Shown here piece by piece: positions 8,860 to 19,821 of a stretch of 20,216 nt of DNA. The notes under the pieces were generated by a model. It was not told the DNA's origin, searched no databases, and saw only the letters and a program-made list of their open reading frames with translations. A program made the translations under genes and the position numbers. Numbering within the stretch: position 1 is the first letter of the stretch; each line of letters opens with the position of its first letter. Source of the stretch: Fimicolochytrium jonesii (Eukaryota); contig NW_026515691.1 in assembly GCF_025526975.1 (NCBI RefSeq), forward strand, positions 496,001 to 516,216, given 5' to 3'.

Positions 8860-9858
8860 ATGTCCCAACCCAAATCCGTACCTTTCACCGCCAAGCAATG
8901 GAATGATATGTGCCAAGCCATCGCTGCCTTGCAAAGCCAAAACGCCAACTTGCAGGCCAACCTAGCGCAAGCCCAAGCCGACGCACAAGCTGCCCAGAGC
9001 ATCGCCGCCCAGGTTCAAGCCGATACGTACACCCGTCCCCAAGTCGCCAACCCTGCTCTGGAGCCAAAAATCAGCTCGCCCGAGAAGTTTGATGGTACCC
9101 GCAGCAAATTCCGTGGGTGGTTGAACAACATCCGGTTGATGTTTGCTCTCCAGCCCGACCGCTACCCCAGCGACATCATCAAGATCCAAACTATTGGCAC
9201 CTACCTCACCGGCACTGCGCAAGCCTGGATGGCGCCCCTAGTCGAACGCCAAGATCACAGCCTTCAGGACTTCAATAGTTTTATCAGTCAGATGCAATCG
9301 GTCTTCGGAGACAGCGACAGGGTCCGCACCTCTGAAAACAAGCTCCAGAACCTTCGCCAAACCCGTGCAGCAACCGAGTACGTCGCTGAGTTCCACCAGC
9401 TACAATGCGATGTCTCCTGGAACGACCAGGCCCTGATTGCTACCTTCCGCCGTGGCCTCAAAGAAGACGTCAAAGACCTTATGCTCACGATGCCCCCTGC
9501 AGCCACCATTGATGTGGTGATGGAGCAGGCTATCCAGTGCGATAACCGGCTGTTTGAGCGCCGCCTGGAGCGAAACAGAAGCCGCCAGACCTTCCCGGTT
9601 CCCCACACCTCGTTTACTACTACCACCACTGTCGACCACAGCGAGCCTATGCAGATTGACGCCGCTCGTCCCCGCGGCCCTCTGAGCCCTCAGGAATGCC
9701 AACGCCGCATTTCCAACAACCTCTGCCTTTACTGCGGTGGCGCGGGGCACATTGCAAAAGTCTGCCCTGTCAAGAACAAGACCACCACCCGTGCCGCCAA
9801 CGTCGACATCAAGGAACCCTCCACCGAACAGGGTTTTCCCAAAGTCCAGCCGCAGTAA
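8860..9858 (+). CDS. gag: Gag protein of element C (PEG10/sushi-like capsid plus CCHC zinc knuckle), intact 332 aa
   Basis: Motifs [33 protein letters not shown] and [14 protein letters not shown]. Confidence 0.93.
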   Translation: MSQPKSVPFTAKQWNDMCQAIAALQSQNANLQANLAQAQADAQAAQSIAAQVQADTYTRPQVANPALEPKISSPEKFDGTRSKFRGWLNNIRLMFALQPDRYPSDIIKIQTIGTYLTGTAQAWMAPLVERQDHSLQDFNSFISQMQSVFGDSDRVRTSENKLQNLRQTRAATEYVAEFHQLQCDVSWNDQALIATFRRGLKEDVKDLMLTMPPAATIDVVMEQAIQCDNRLFERRLERNRSRQTFPVPHTSFTTTTTVDHSEPMQIDAARPRGPLSPQECQRRISNNLCLYCGGAGHIAKVCPVKNKTTTRAANVDIKEPSTEQGFPKVQPQ

Positions 9859-9894
9859 AGCCCCAGCGACTGGACAACACACACCGCCCCGGGC
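9831..9894 (+). promoter_or_regulatory. Putative -1 ribosomal frameshift signal of element C (G GGU UUU, 6-nt spacer, stem-loop or pseudoknot)
   Basis: The heptamer at 9831-9837 is phased in the gag frame and pol is in -1. The stem pairs GUCCAG-c-CGC (9844-9853) with GCG-a-CUGGAC (9866-9875). Confidence 0.8.
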
Positions 9895-12800
9895 CTCCTA
9901 ACCTCGCAGCTCCTGCAACGGGAGAGGCCACGCCCCTGGTTCCCGACTCCGTTATAGCCGACACAACCCTCCTAGCCGCTGCCCATGTCGAAAACTCCGA
10001 AATTAACCCCCGCGCCATGCTTGCGCTGGGTCCCGTCGAACCCTTCAACTACCCCGTTACCATCATGGTATCATCCAGCCGCGCCCCAATACCTACCTCA
10101 GCCATGATCGACAACGGTGCCCTGTCCTGCTTCATCGACAGAGACTTTGCCCGCAAACACCGCATCGCCCTAGTCCCGCATCAGCGTCCACTGACGATCG
10201 AACTCGTTGACGGTCAACCCAGCTCTGCTGGGCCAATCACCCATCACACCCAACCAGTAGGCATGTGGGTCGACGACCACTTCGAAGAACTCGTCTTCCA
10301 TGTCACCAAATCACCCCATGCTCCAATCCTCCTTGGTCTCCCCTGGCTCCGCCTCCACAACATTAACCTTGACTTCAAGAACCTTTCGGTCGGTTTCCGT
10401 TGCGACTGCCAGTACCATGAATTCGCCAATTGGGACAACTCCCCAGCACCCCCGAGCCCAGCACCCGCCAGAACCCCCGAGCCCTTGATCCGCATCCCCC
10501 AGGATGAAGTCCCCGTCGACGAAACATGGTCGATTCCAGTACCCAAGGTATCTCGCTCCAGCACCCCAGAACCAGCTCCTACGCCGCTCCGAGTCTCGTT
10601 CATCTCCGCCCCAGCCTTCCGGGTCGCAGCAAGGCATGACCAGGTCTTTGTCGCCTACGCCAACCCTGCGAAACCCGATCTCCCGGCCTCGCCTAGCCCC
10701 AGTAAACCCCCGACACCCGAGAAAGACATCAAAGACTTCCTGCCCCCCGAGTATCAAGACTTCGCCGACGTTTTCGAAAAGAGAAATGCTGACACTCTCC
10801 CCGAGCACCGGCCCTACGACTGTCCAATCGATCTGGAAGAAGGCAAGCAGCCACCTTTCGGCCCGATCTACAGCCTCAGCGAACCAGAAATGAAGGCACT
10901 CTGCGAATACCTCGAAGAAAACCTCGCCAAAGGATTCATCAAACCCTCAAAGTCCCCTGCCGGTGCGCCAGTCTTATTCGTGAAGAAAAAGGACGGTTCT
11001 CTCCGCCTCTGCGTGGATTATCGAGGCCTGAACAGCATCACGGTGAAGAATCGCTACCCCCTGCCCCTGATCAACGGTATCATGGATCGTTTGCGCGGCG
11101 CCCGCCGTCTCACCAAGATTCGACCTCCGCGGCGCTTATAACCTCTTACGCATGCGCCCGGGCGATGAATGGAAGACCGCCTTCCGCTGCCGCTACGGCC
11201 TATTCGAATACAATGTCATGCCCTTTGGACTCAGCAATGCTCCTGGCGTCTTCCAGTACCTGATGAACGACATCTTCTGCGACATTCTCGATGTGTTTGT
11301 TGTCGTCTACCTCGACGATATCCTGATATTCTCCAAGAACCCCGAAGATCACCCCAAACATGTCCGCGAAGTCTTGTCCCGCCTCCAACAGCATGGGTTG
11401 TACGCCAAACCAGAGAAGTGCGAATTCAACCGCGAATCCGTTGAGTTCCTAGGCTTCATCATCTCCAAGAAAGGCATCCAGATGGACCCCAAGAAGATCG
11501 CTGCCATCACGGATTGGGAACCTCCCAAGACTGTCAAAGGCGTCCAGCGGTTCCTCGGCTTTGCCAACTTCTATCGCCGATTCATCCAAGGTTATTCCAA
11601 GATCGCTACCCCGCTCACAGCCCTGACCCGGAAAGACATCCCGTACGCCTGGACACCCGCCGCAAACACCGCCTTCGAGAACCTGAAGAAAGCATTCACC
11701 ACCGCCCCCATCCTTGCTCACCCTGACCCAGAGAAGCCCTTCGTCGTCGAAACTGACGCCTCCGACTTCGCTCTTGGCGCAGTTCTCCTCCAACCTGACC
11801 AGGACAATCAGCTGCCACCCCGTGGCCTTCCACTCTCGCAAATTCACGGCCGAAGAGATCAACTACGAGATCTACTGACAAGGAACTTCTGGCCATCCAA
11901 GACTCCTTTGCCCAGTGGCGACACCATCTCATTGGCGCCCGTCACAAGATCACCGTTTACTCCGACCATAAAAACCTTCAGTACTTCATGACCACCCGCA
12001 CCCTGAACCGCCGCCGAGCCCGCTGGTCGATATTCTTCTCGGATTTTGACTTTGTCATTACCTATCGCCCCGGTTCCCAGCAGCACCAAGCCGATGCCCT
12101 CTCCCGACGCTCCGAACATGAGCTAAAAAAGGGGGAAGAAGCGTTCCGCTCCCAGGCAACCACAATTTTGACTCCCGAACGCCTTCGACTCGCCGCGGCC
12201 TACCTCACACCCATGGATACCACGCTGCTTGACAAGATTAAGGCCGCCCAGGCCTCTGATCCCCTCGCTAAGACCATTCGCGAAAAGCTCAAGATACCCC
12301 TCGCCCAACGAACCGAGGAAACCCAAGATCGTATCAAGCGGTTCTCAGATGAAGATGGGATCCTGCTGCACGATAACCTGGTCTATGTCCCCACCAACGA
12401 GCTCCGAGCTGAAGTCTGCCACGACATGCACGATACACCCCTAGCCGGCCACTTTGGGATGTCCAAGGCGCTCGAACTCGCCTCCCGCAACTACTGGTGG
12501 CCCGGCCAGTGGCGCTTCGTCAAGGCCTACGTCAAGTCCTGCGATACCTGTAGCCAAGCGAAATCCAGTCGACACAAACCGTACGGCCTACTCCAGCCCA
12601 ACAGTATCCCTACCCGCCCTTGGGGATCTTGGTCCCTGGACTTCATCACCGGTCTGCCTCCCGTTGATGGGTACAACTCCATCCTGAACGTCAACTGTCG
12701 CCTCACCAAGATGGCCCACTTCATTGCCTGCAGCGAGTCAGAATCCGCCGAGTCCACCGCCGACCTAGTCTTCCACAATATCATCCGTCTCCATGGCCTC

Positions 12801-13749
12801 CCTGACAACATCATCTCTGACCGAGGCCCCCAATTCAACTCCCGCTTCTGGCGCCGACTCCTCGAACTCCTTGGGAACGGAAGCCAGCCTCTCCTCCGCT
12901 TTCCACCCCCAGAGCAACGGCCAGACGGAACGCACCAATCAGATCCTGGAGCAGTATCTCCGATGCTTTTGCAACCACCAACAGGACAACTGGAAACGGC
13001 TTCTGTCGTCCGCCGAGTTCGCCTACAACAACACCCACCAGTCCGCCTCCCAGACCATCCCTCTTCTACGCCAACAAGGGTCTCCATCCCCGCTTCAGCT
13101 TCGCTGCCTCTGCTACCTGCCGAATCCGTCAACCCCGCCTGCTGAAGCCCCGCCTAAACAAATCAGTGAAGTCCATGAACAGCTCGTCCTTGAGCTCAAG
13201 GAAGCGCAAGATCGAATGAAGCGCTACGCCGACGCTAAGCGAATTCCTGGACCGGACTTCAAGCCCGGCGACCACGTCTTGCTCCTCTGCAAAAACCTCT
13301 AGACAACCCGGCCCTCTCAGAAACTCGACCATCGCAAGATTGGGCCATTTCCCATTGTTGAATAGATCAATCCAGTCGCCTACTGGCTCAAGCTCCCGCC
13401 TACGTACAAACTCCACGATGTCTTCCATGTCGCGCTCCTCGAACCCCGCTTCACCATCCCCAAACGACACGAACCCGAACCCGCGGCCCCAGAGACCGTT
13501 GAGGGTCAAGAAGAGTGGGTTGTCAAAGCCATCCTTGACTCTCGCATCCATCGTCGTCGCCTTCAGTACTTGGTCAAATGGCAGGGCTGGCCTGACTCTG
13601 AGAACACCTGGGAGCCCGTGGAACACCTCACCCATACCGACGCACTCCTCCAGGACTTCCACAGCGCGTACCCCAACAAGCCTTCCTCTGTCCCCGTAGC
13701 ACCTCCTCTGCGGCCACACCAAACTCGACGCCGCCGCCGCCGCCGCTAA
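9831..13749 (+). pseudogene. pol: pol of element C (protease-RT-RNase H-integrase-chromodomain), frameshifted as assembled
   Basis: Motifs [63 protein letters not shown] and chromodomain EEWVVKAILDSR..YLVKWQGWPDSENTWEP. About 7 frameshifts and TAG stops at 13300 and 13363. Ends RRRRRRR-TAA. Confidence 0.93.
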
Positions 13750-13758
13750 AGAGAGGGG
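13748..13758 (+). promoter_or_regulatory. Polypurine tract of element C
   Basis: AAAGAGAGGGG lies 3 nt before the 3' LTR. Confidence 0.85.
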
Positions 13759-13761
13759 TGA

Positions 13762-14323
13762 TGTTATGGACGACGAGCCCATACCATAAGCTTACCTACT
13801 GACAGCCGCCAATGTCAACCGCCAAATGTCAAACGCCAATGTCAATGTCAATGTCAGTGTCAATGTCAGTGTCAATGTCAATGTCAATGTCAGTGTCAAT
13901 GTCAATGTCAATGCCACTCCCCCTCTCTCCTCTCATTTCGCCAATTCTCTTGCAATATCGCCACTCCTCCTCTCTCCTCTCATTTCGCCAATCCCCCCTC
14001 GGCTTCTCCACACCCCCCACTACTTCCCCATAGCCAGCAGCTGTAGCAATGCTCTCTACGCTCGCCACGCACGCTCTAGGAGCATAGCTGGCGCCCCCCC
14101 AGTCCCCTCTTGTTGTTGCTGTTCTCTGATCTGCTGAGTTGCCTATCTATAAATAGCCGGCCTCTCTTCGTCCATTCCCTTCCTCCCCAGCAGATCAACA
14201 CCAGTTCTTCTCATCTCCTGTTCTAGTCCTTGTTTCTTGTTTCGCCAATACAATCTCTTGTCGCCTATCACACTTGCCCTGTCTTCTCTGCTTCGCTTCC
14301 GCCCCGTCGTCGAGATCATAACA
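13762..14323 (+). repeat. 3' LTR of element C (562 bp)
   Basis: TGTTATG...CATAACA. It differs from the 5' LTR by about 14 substitutions, two 1-bp indels and a 24-bp microsatellite expansion. Confidence 0.97.
13840..13911. repeat. (TGTCAR)12 hexamer array in U3 of the 3' LTR
   Basis: Twelve units counted; a four-unit block is duplicated relative to the 5' LTR. Confidence 0.95.
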
Positions 14324-16750
14324 CATTGCTTTTCGCCCAAAACACAGGATTAGTGTCGCCTCCAACAGTTCAATCGGGAGAGCAGTCTCTTCATTGTGCA
14401 GAAGCGCCGAGGGGCAGGTAAGCCTCGAGTGGCGGTATGCATAAGGGGTCTGAAGAAGATGCGATGAGCAGGGTTCACCATACATGAAAGGTAACACCTT
14501 GTCGGCCAGCCAATCAATCCTACGGTCAACCCTTGCGTCTCGATCGTCCTGCGAAATACCAGACAGATCAAGTGCTTCAAAGAATTCTCGAAGAACATTG
14601 CAAAACTCAGCTTCCGCCGCATATCCTGTTGTTTCCAGAATATCTGCAACCTGCTTGCAAAACCCGGTCTTTGCATCAGCGACACACTGATCGTCACGCT
14701 TATACCACCAAGTTCCAAACACCCTGTCGTGTTCAGGCATTCCCGCAATGCTCAGCCAGGCTTCTTTCCTCAAGTGGGCTCCGCACCTGGATGTCGTAAC
14801 ATGTTTGATAAATTGCTTCATGACGTGATCCAGGTCGATGGAAATGATCAAAGGAAGGTCTCGGTTACAAGGGTTCCTTTCAGGCACATAAGGGGAAGGA
14901 AAGAAATCGTTGCCAGCCCTCCTCCTCTCGGCCAATCGCCTTTCCACCCGGATACGTGTGAGCCATTCTCGTAATGGCGACATGGATGTGCGATTTGTGT
15001 TTGCTGCCACAATAAGCGCCAAGATCGTGAAAGTTTGTGCAAGGTTAACAGGATGTCCCCGCTGGCCTGGCAAAAATGCTGACATGTTGAACTGTCATTC
15101 CTGTTGTGTCAGTGCCCAGATCTCAACAATCTCCAGAAGGTTTCGCAACTCAGGGATGCCGACCAAGTCTATGCGTCCAAAAACATGTAGAGTTTCAAGT
15201 AGCGTTGCAAAGAATGGGGCACCCTCACTGCGATAGTTTCTCAGCAGTGTTCCAAACCCGCAGGTAGATGTGGAACAAATCGTGTGCCGATTCCGTAGGG
15301 CATGCCATCCCACTGTTGAGCACGGGATTGCAGAATATATCATGGGCCTCTTCCTTCAGACACTCCACGATCTCGGCTTCTTCCTGCCCTCTTTCACAAC
15401 CGCATCCAGCTCGGCGCGCCAAATCTAAACACGACACGATGAGTTACTGTTCATTATTGGAGTTGCAGAAGCAAACCTACCGCATTAATAAATTTCGGCT
15501 GGTCAAGCCCCGTGTTGCAAGAGAATGACTTGCCCCATCGCACAACACAGAGATAACAGGAATTGAGCGCTTCTGGAATTCCTCGAGCAGAACTCGAAGA
15601 ATTGCGGTATTCTGCTGATGGTTTGGTGCTTCCACAAAGCAGGCAAAGACAATCTGTGATTTCAAACGCTGGGAGTTGGCGAAGGTCCAAAGCTGTAATT
15701 TCTTTGCCCTCGGCAAAAGATGCAGCCGTTGCAGCAAGGAAGTACTCTAGCGCATTCCGACATAGGCTGACTAATTCGTCTTTGTGTTGCAGTAACAGCC
15801 ATGTGGACGGCAGAAGGTCGAGGGGGTTGTCGGTAACGTCGGGGGGTTGCGCCAGCTTCAACTGCCAATTTGCGCATTCGGTAAGAATTTTTCCACGGCG
15901 GTGCAAAGATGTTTGTTTTTTGACCGCATCACTTTCGTAGGCTGCTAACACAGGCGGGCGCTGACTGGAAGGTGCAGTGAGCAATGTCCCTGCTTCAAAA
16001 GCAATCGCACGAGTCTCGATCTCGCGTCGTTTTGTGGTTACCCGTTTCTCCGCTCCGACTGCGTACACAGTTAGCTGCGCTGGAAGGGCGACGAGATTGC
16101 TTTCACATTCCGGCAGCCAGTGGGTAAATTGAACCGTCAAACGTGGGCCCCATGTGTATTCAAAGTCTCGTGCGTCGTTCATTTGTGCATGCACAACTGT
16201 GTGCTCAACTCGAATGCGTTGAGGGCTTGTTCAACCTGCGGTGCAGAAATCAGGGTGCGCCGACATGAGTTGAAATGTGCACAGAGACAATACCGTTGCC
16301 ACATCCTACAGTCCCAGAATGCTCTCAGTCAGTCCGGGGCCAAGGTCGACAGGTCCCGTCAGCCGTCCTTTGCTTCCACGTTGAACAGTCGAGATTCTGT
16401 AATCGGTTTCATCAACCCCAATGCCGCCGGCCAGGTAGCGCAATCCGAGACTTTCCTGCAGCCGAGCGTGTTGTGCACAAATCACGTCTATGCGCTCCGA
16501 TCCAATCCAACAAGCTGCACACCCACATCTGCTCGAAGCTTCTGCTGAGCACGCTGTGATGGGAGAACCAGGTTTCCGTCTTATTCGCATGGCTTCCGCG
16601 GCCCACTGCGCCCAACTCCTGCCCATCCTTTGCCGACGAGAAACTCGTAAGCCCGACCGCCAAAGCGGGTCTCAATTCAAACCAGAACTCAGCAACACGA
16701 GAAGAGAAGATGCTGCATCTCCGCCCACGGTAGTCCTTCACCGTAAAGAA

Positions 16751-16858
16751 CTGTAACTGTATCGGATAGCGTGGTAGGTGTCAGTGATGGCAATTGTGAC
16801 AATGGCAAGATTGGTAGGCAAAATAAAAGGCAAATGGGCGAGCACGACGCACACATAC
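16751..16858 (-). other. Predicted spliceosomal intron
   Basis: AG|GTATGT donor at 16858, CACTGAC branch point and TACAG acceptors at 16757/16751. Phase-0 splicing joins ..WEFIASQ to (LQ)FFTVKDYRG.. in frame. Confidence 0.6.
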
Positions 16859-17413
16859 CTGACTCGCGATGAATTCCCAGAGCCAGTGAGTGGGCCTCAG
16901 GCATCCTGAAACTACAGCCCGCATCACCATCAGAGCAATGTCAATCACCTCCATATCCTCAAGGTCGGTGAGCTTGTGGTACTCAGTGTAGAGCTTTGCT
17001 GCTCGATACACATGTTTGTTCTCCTTTTCAAAGATGAAGGCACCTTCTTGTCGTTGGCCAGGACTCGCTTGGTAGGCAGTGCTCCTTTTGCCAGAAACTG
17101 ATCGTGGGTGAGACTCCCATTCCAACCTCGGAAACCCATGAGGCCAGTCTGCAGAAGATCTCCTTGCATGGCTCTGTTCTTGTCGACCAGGCATTCAACT
17201 CTCTGCTTTTCTCCTCATGTTCCCCCTGCAGTTTGGTGTAAGGTTGTTTGCAGTTTGGTAAAGTCGTTTCCAAGTTTGGTATGTTCGGATTGGAGTTGGT
17301 GTGCCTCGTGACGAGGTGGGCAAGGAAGCCTGCAAGAAGATCCCATTCAGTTTCCAGGTGTCCTTGGACTCATTGGGATCTAGTGCATACCTCCAGAAGG
17401 ATGTCCAGCTGTC

Positions 17414-17455
17414 CCAATGTTCTCCGAACCACTCCAAATGTTCTTCGAACCACTC
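17414..17455. repeat. 2 x 21-bp in-frame tandem repeat (third degenerate unit to about 17477)
   Basis: CCAATGTTCTCCGAACCACTC / CAAATGTTCTTCGAACCACTC, encoding EWFEEHL-EWFGEHW on the minus strand. Confidence 0.8.
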
Positions 17456-18327
17456 CCGATGGTGTCCGAAACCACTCTCCATGTCATCGGCTGGGTCGTC
17501 CTCTCTACCTTCAGCTGATTCACCAATTGAACTCGGAAGGCAAAGAAGTGCAGTACTGACACGACCCTGAGCTAAAATGGAGCGAATAACAGCTTTCCCA
17601 TGCATTATAAGGACCTCCTTGATTCCATCGGCCGAACATAAGGTTTTCAATGTGCTCTGTGTCTCCCCATAGCACATTGCTTTTACGAACATCGTGGGCC
17701 CTTTCTCACATCGGACCCGAAGCTTCGGGACTCCCAGGGCTTCTAACAGACTGCTGGGATCGTACAGTCTGCAACAGGGATCGTAGATGGGATGACTTGT
17801 GAAGTGAACGAGGTTCGGATATAGTTTACCTGCAGCTATCCTTGCTTGCTGTCCTCATCTCCGGAATGAAAACACCCCCATGGAAGGAGACTGCAGGGCC
17901 ACCAAGACCCCTTGCTGTTTGGAAGTACTTGGGGTTCATTGGTTGGATTGGGCTATATTGAGAACCAAGTTATGTATAGGGTTTGAAGGTCGTTCGGACT
18001 TCATATCGCCAAATGTGCGATACTTGTCGGACTCGCCGACACGCGCGTCGTCACTAGTGCAGGCTCATGTGATCTGCTGCCCAAATTGGGCAGCAGCTCG
18101 CACATTTTGGCATTTTGAAATGCTTTTACACCACCCTGGACGGAGGGCCAAAAGGCGCAATTTCAAAGCGACCTCAGCTCCAGATACATTTTCAACTTCT
18201 CTTGCTCCAAGTGGTAAATCCTTGAAAAGGGCCCAGCATCCGTGCACTTTCCCTGACTTTCTCCTCCCATCAGCGAAACCGTCGACCGCGAAATAAGTGA
18301 GAAGGAGCTCGTGCCTGGGTCGACCAA

Positions 18328-19296
18328 ATGAGAGTCCCACCTACGATTCCCACAACACTGCTCCCTCGTTTGGCTCAGACGCCGAACGGAGGCAAAAGCG
18401 CCGGCGGACGTCAACGAATACATCCAACTGCCGATATGCTAACCCAAAGCTTATCCACTCCAGAAGGAGGACCGGCCGTCCTCGCGGATGATGCATCCGC
18501 CCCTTCGAACAGCGAACGACATTCGCTGAACGAGCTTCCTCGAGAACTCCTGCTGTGCGTCTTCCAGTTTATACCTCTGACGAACCTCCTTCGCTTGAGA
18601 GGAGTCTGCCGTCTCTGGTGGACCGACGTGCTTCATATGGTGGCATTGCGTTTAAGAACCGCTGTAGAACCTCAAGTACCGACACCGGAGCAAAAGTCCG
18701 TGCCAAAGACGGAACTTATTGTCGTACGCGCTTTGACGGACGGTGATTGGTACAAGGAGAACTTACGCAGCGCTGCATTGAGCTGCTTGAAGGTGCAGGG
18801 ATCGCTACGTGTTTTCGAGCAACCTGACCGTGACGACAGCAGGGTTTCGTCGGTCTCCGGAATGCAGTCTGTGCGCTTTGTCTTCAAACCAGTTGAAGAC
18901 TCGAAGCAATGGCCTTTACTAGGCTACTATACGAACGGCGAAGGACAGATCGGGCTGGAGATCAATGGCTGGACATTCACATTGGCCGACTCCGTGATAG
19001 GCTCCCTGTCGTCAAAGCGCGTTTCACATCGCGACAACGACATCTCATTGAGCTACTCGGTACAAGGGCGACCGGATATCACTCCGGACACTGCCGAAGC
19101 CAAAGGGATTCCGATGTGGTGGCCCAGACGGGGAGTCTGGGGCATGCCATCAGAGTGCTACTTCCGTGAGATACGGGTCGATGAGTTCTCGATGACCGTC
19201 GAGTTTTTGATGAAGCTGCTGCCTGGGTGTGGGACGGCGCTGCTCGAGCAAACCGAAGCGCCATCGACCGGTCGACGAGCAGTGCGTGAAGATTGA
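18328..19296 (+). CDS. F-box domain protein (start uncertain)
   Basis: 322-aa ORF with the F-box consensus LNELPRELLLCVFQFIPLTNLLRLRGVCRLW at about 18526-18620. The C-terminal region was not recognised. Confidence 0.8.
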   Translation: MRVPPTIPTTLLPRLAQTPNGGKSAGGRQRIHPTADMLTQSLSTPEGGPAVLADDASAPSNSERHSLNELPRELLLCVFQFIPLTNLLRLRGVCRLWWTDVLHMVALRLRTAVEPQVPTPEQKSVPKTELIVVRALTDGDWYKENLRSAALSCLKVQGSLRVFEQPDRDDSRVSSVSGMQSVRFVFKPVEDSKQWPLLGYYTNGEGQIGLEINGWTFTLADSVIGSLSSKRVSHRDNDISLSYSVQGRPDITPDTAEAKGIPMWWPRRGVWGMPSECYFREIRVDEFSMTVEFLMKLLPGCGTALLEQTEAPSTGRRAVRED

Positions 19297-19821
19297 TGGC
19301 GGCGTTATTGCATAGGCATTATCCTCCAGTCTTCGGTCCGCCGTAGTTCACCAGTCGTGGATGCTACCTTGTAAGATGTATACCTTTCATTGAATAGCAA
19401 GCTTTTCTGAAGGCTACGATTGTTTTGCCTCCGTGCACTTGCTTTTTTGTGGAACATGCTTTGCCGGCCAAACCGCAGATGGAGGCGAATCGCAGACGAT
19501 GACGATGTAGACGCAATCATGGTGAACTTCGATGGACCCGATTTTGAAGGCGAGGCCAACGAGGACTTCGGAGCAGATCGAACCCGCACGTCGCTTGAAA
19601 AGTGAATGACGAAGAGCACAACGGATTGCGTGGGAGTGGCGATGTCTCGATTCTTGCACATCCCGCTTTCACTGAGAAATCCTGAGGATATTGAGGTTGG
19701 CGACGGACAAGAATGAAAGCTAAACCAAGGAGAGGCCTGCACTGAGGGTCGGGCGGAGGCGGTTACAGCTTGCCCGGAATGTCTTTCACTAGCCGGTCAA
19801 CACCACTCGAAGGGATTCACG

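Larger units (their letters stand above)
8253..14323 (+). mobile_element. Ty3/gypsy chromovirus, family 2 (Tf1/sushi-like), element C, structurally full length
   Basis: It has two LTRs, PBS, gag, PR-RT-RH-IN-chromodomain and PPT. The flanks GTATT and CATTG do not form a TSD. Confidence 0.96.
14324..17692 (-). pseudogene. Fragmented or multi-exon gene of unknown function, cut off at its 3' end by the LTR of element C
   Basis: A chain of co-oriented protein-like ORFs (17692-17195, 17194-16781, 16741-16412, 16194-15454, 15343-15095, 15085-14324) with fungal-type splice signals. The last frame runs into the LTR without a stop. No domain was recognised and the boundaries are approximate. Confidence 0.5.

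Noticed and set aside
12527..13782. Antisense ORFs of 201 and 217 aa in element C as env-like or accessory genes
   Set aside because: They overlap the integrase and chromodomain coding region of GC-rich DNA, and show no signal peptide, transmembrane pattern or motif.
14195..14323. C-terminal 42 codons of the 296-aa ORF
   Set aside because: They are read-through into the antisense LTR, not native gene sequence.
17880..18296. 138-aa ORF upstream of the F-box gene
   Set aside because: It has no motif and lies in the probable divergent promoter region, so it cannot be supported as coding.
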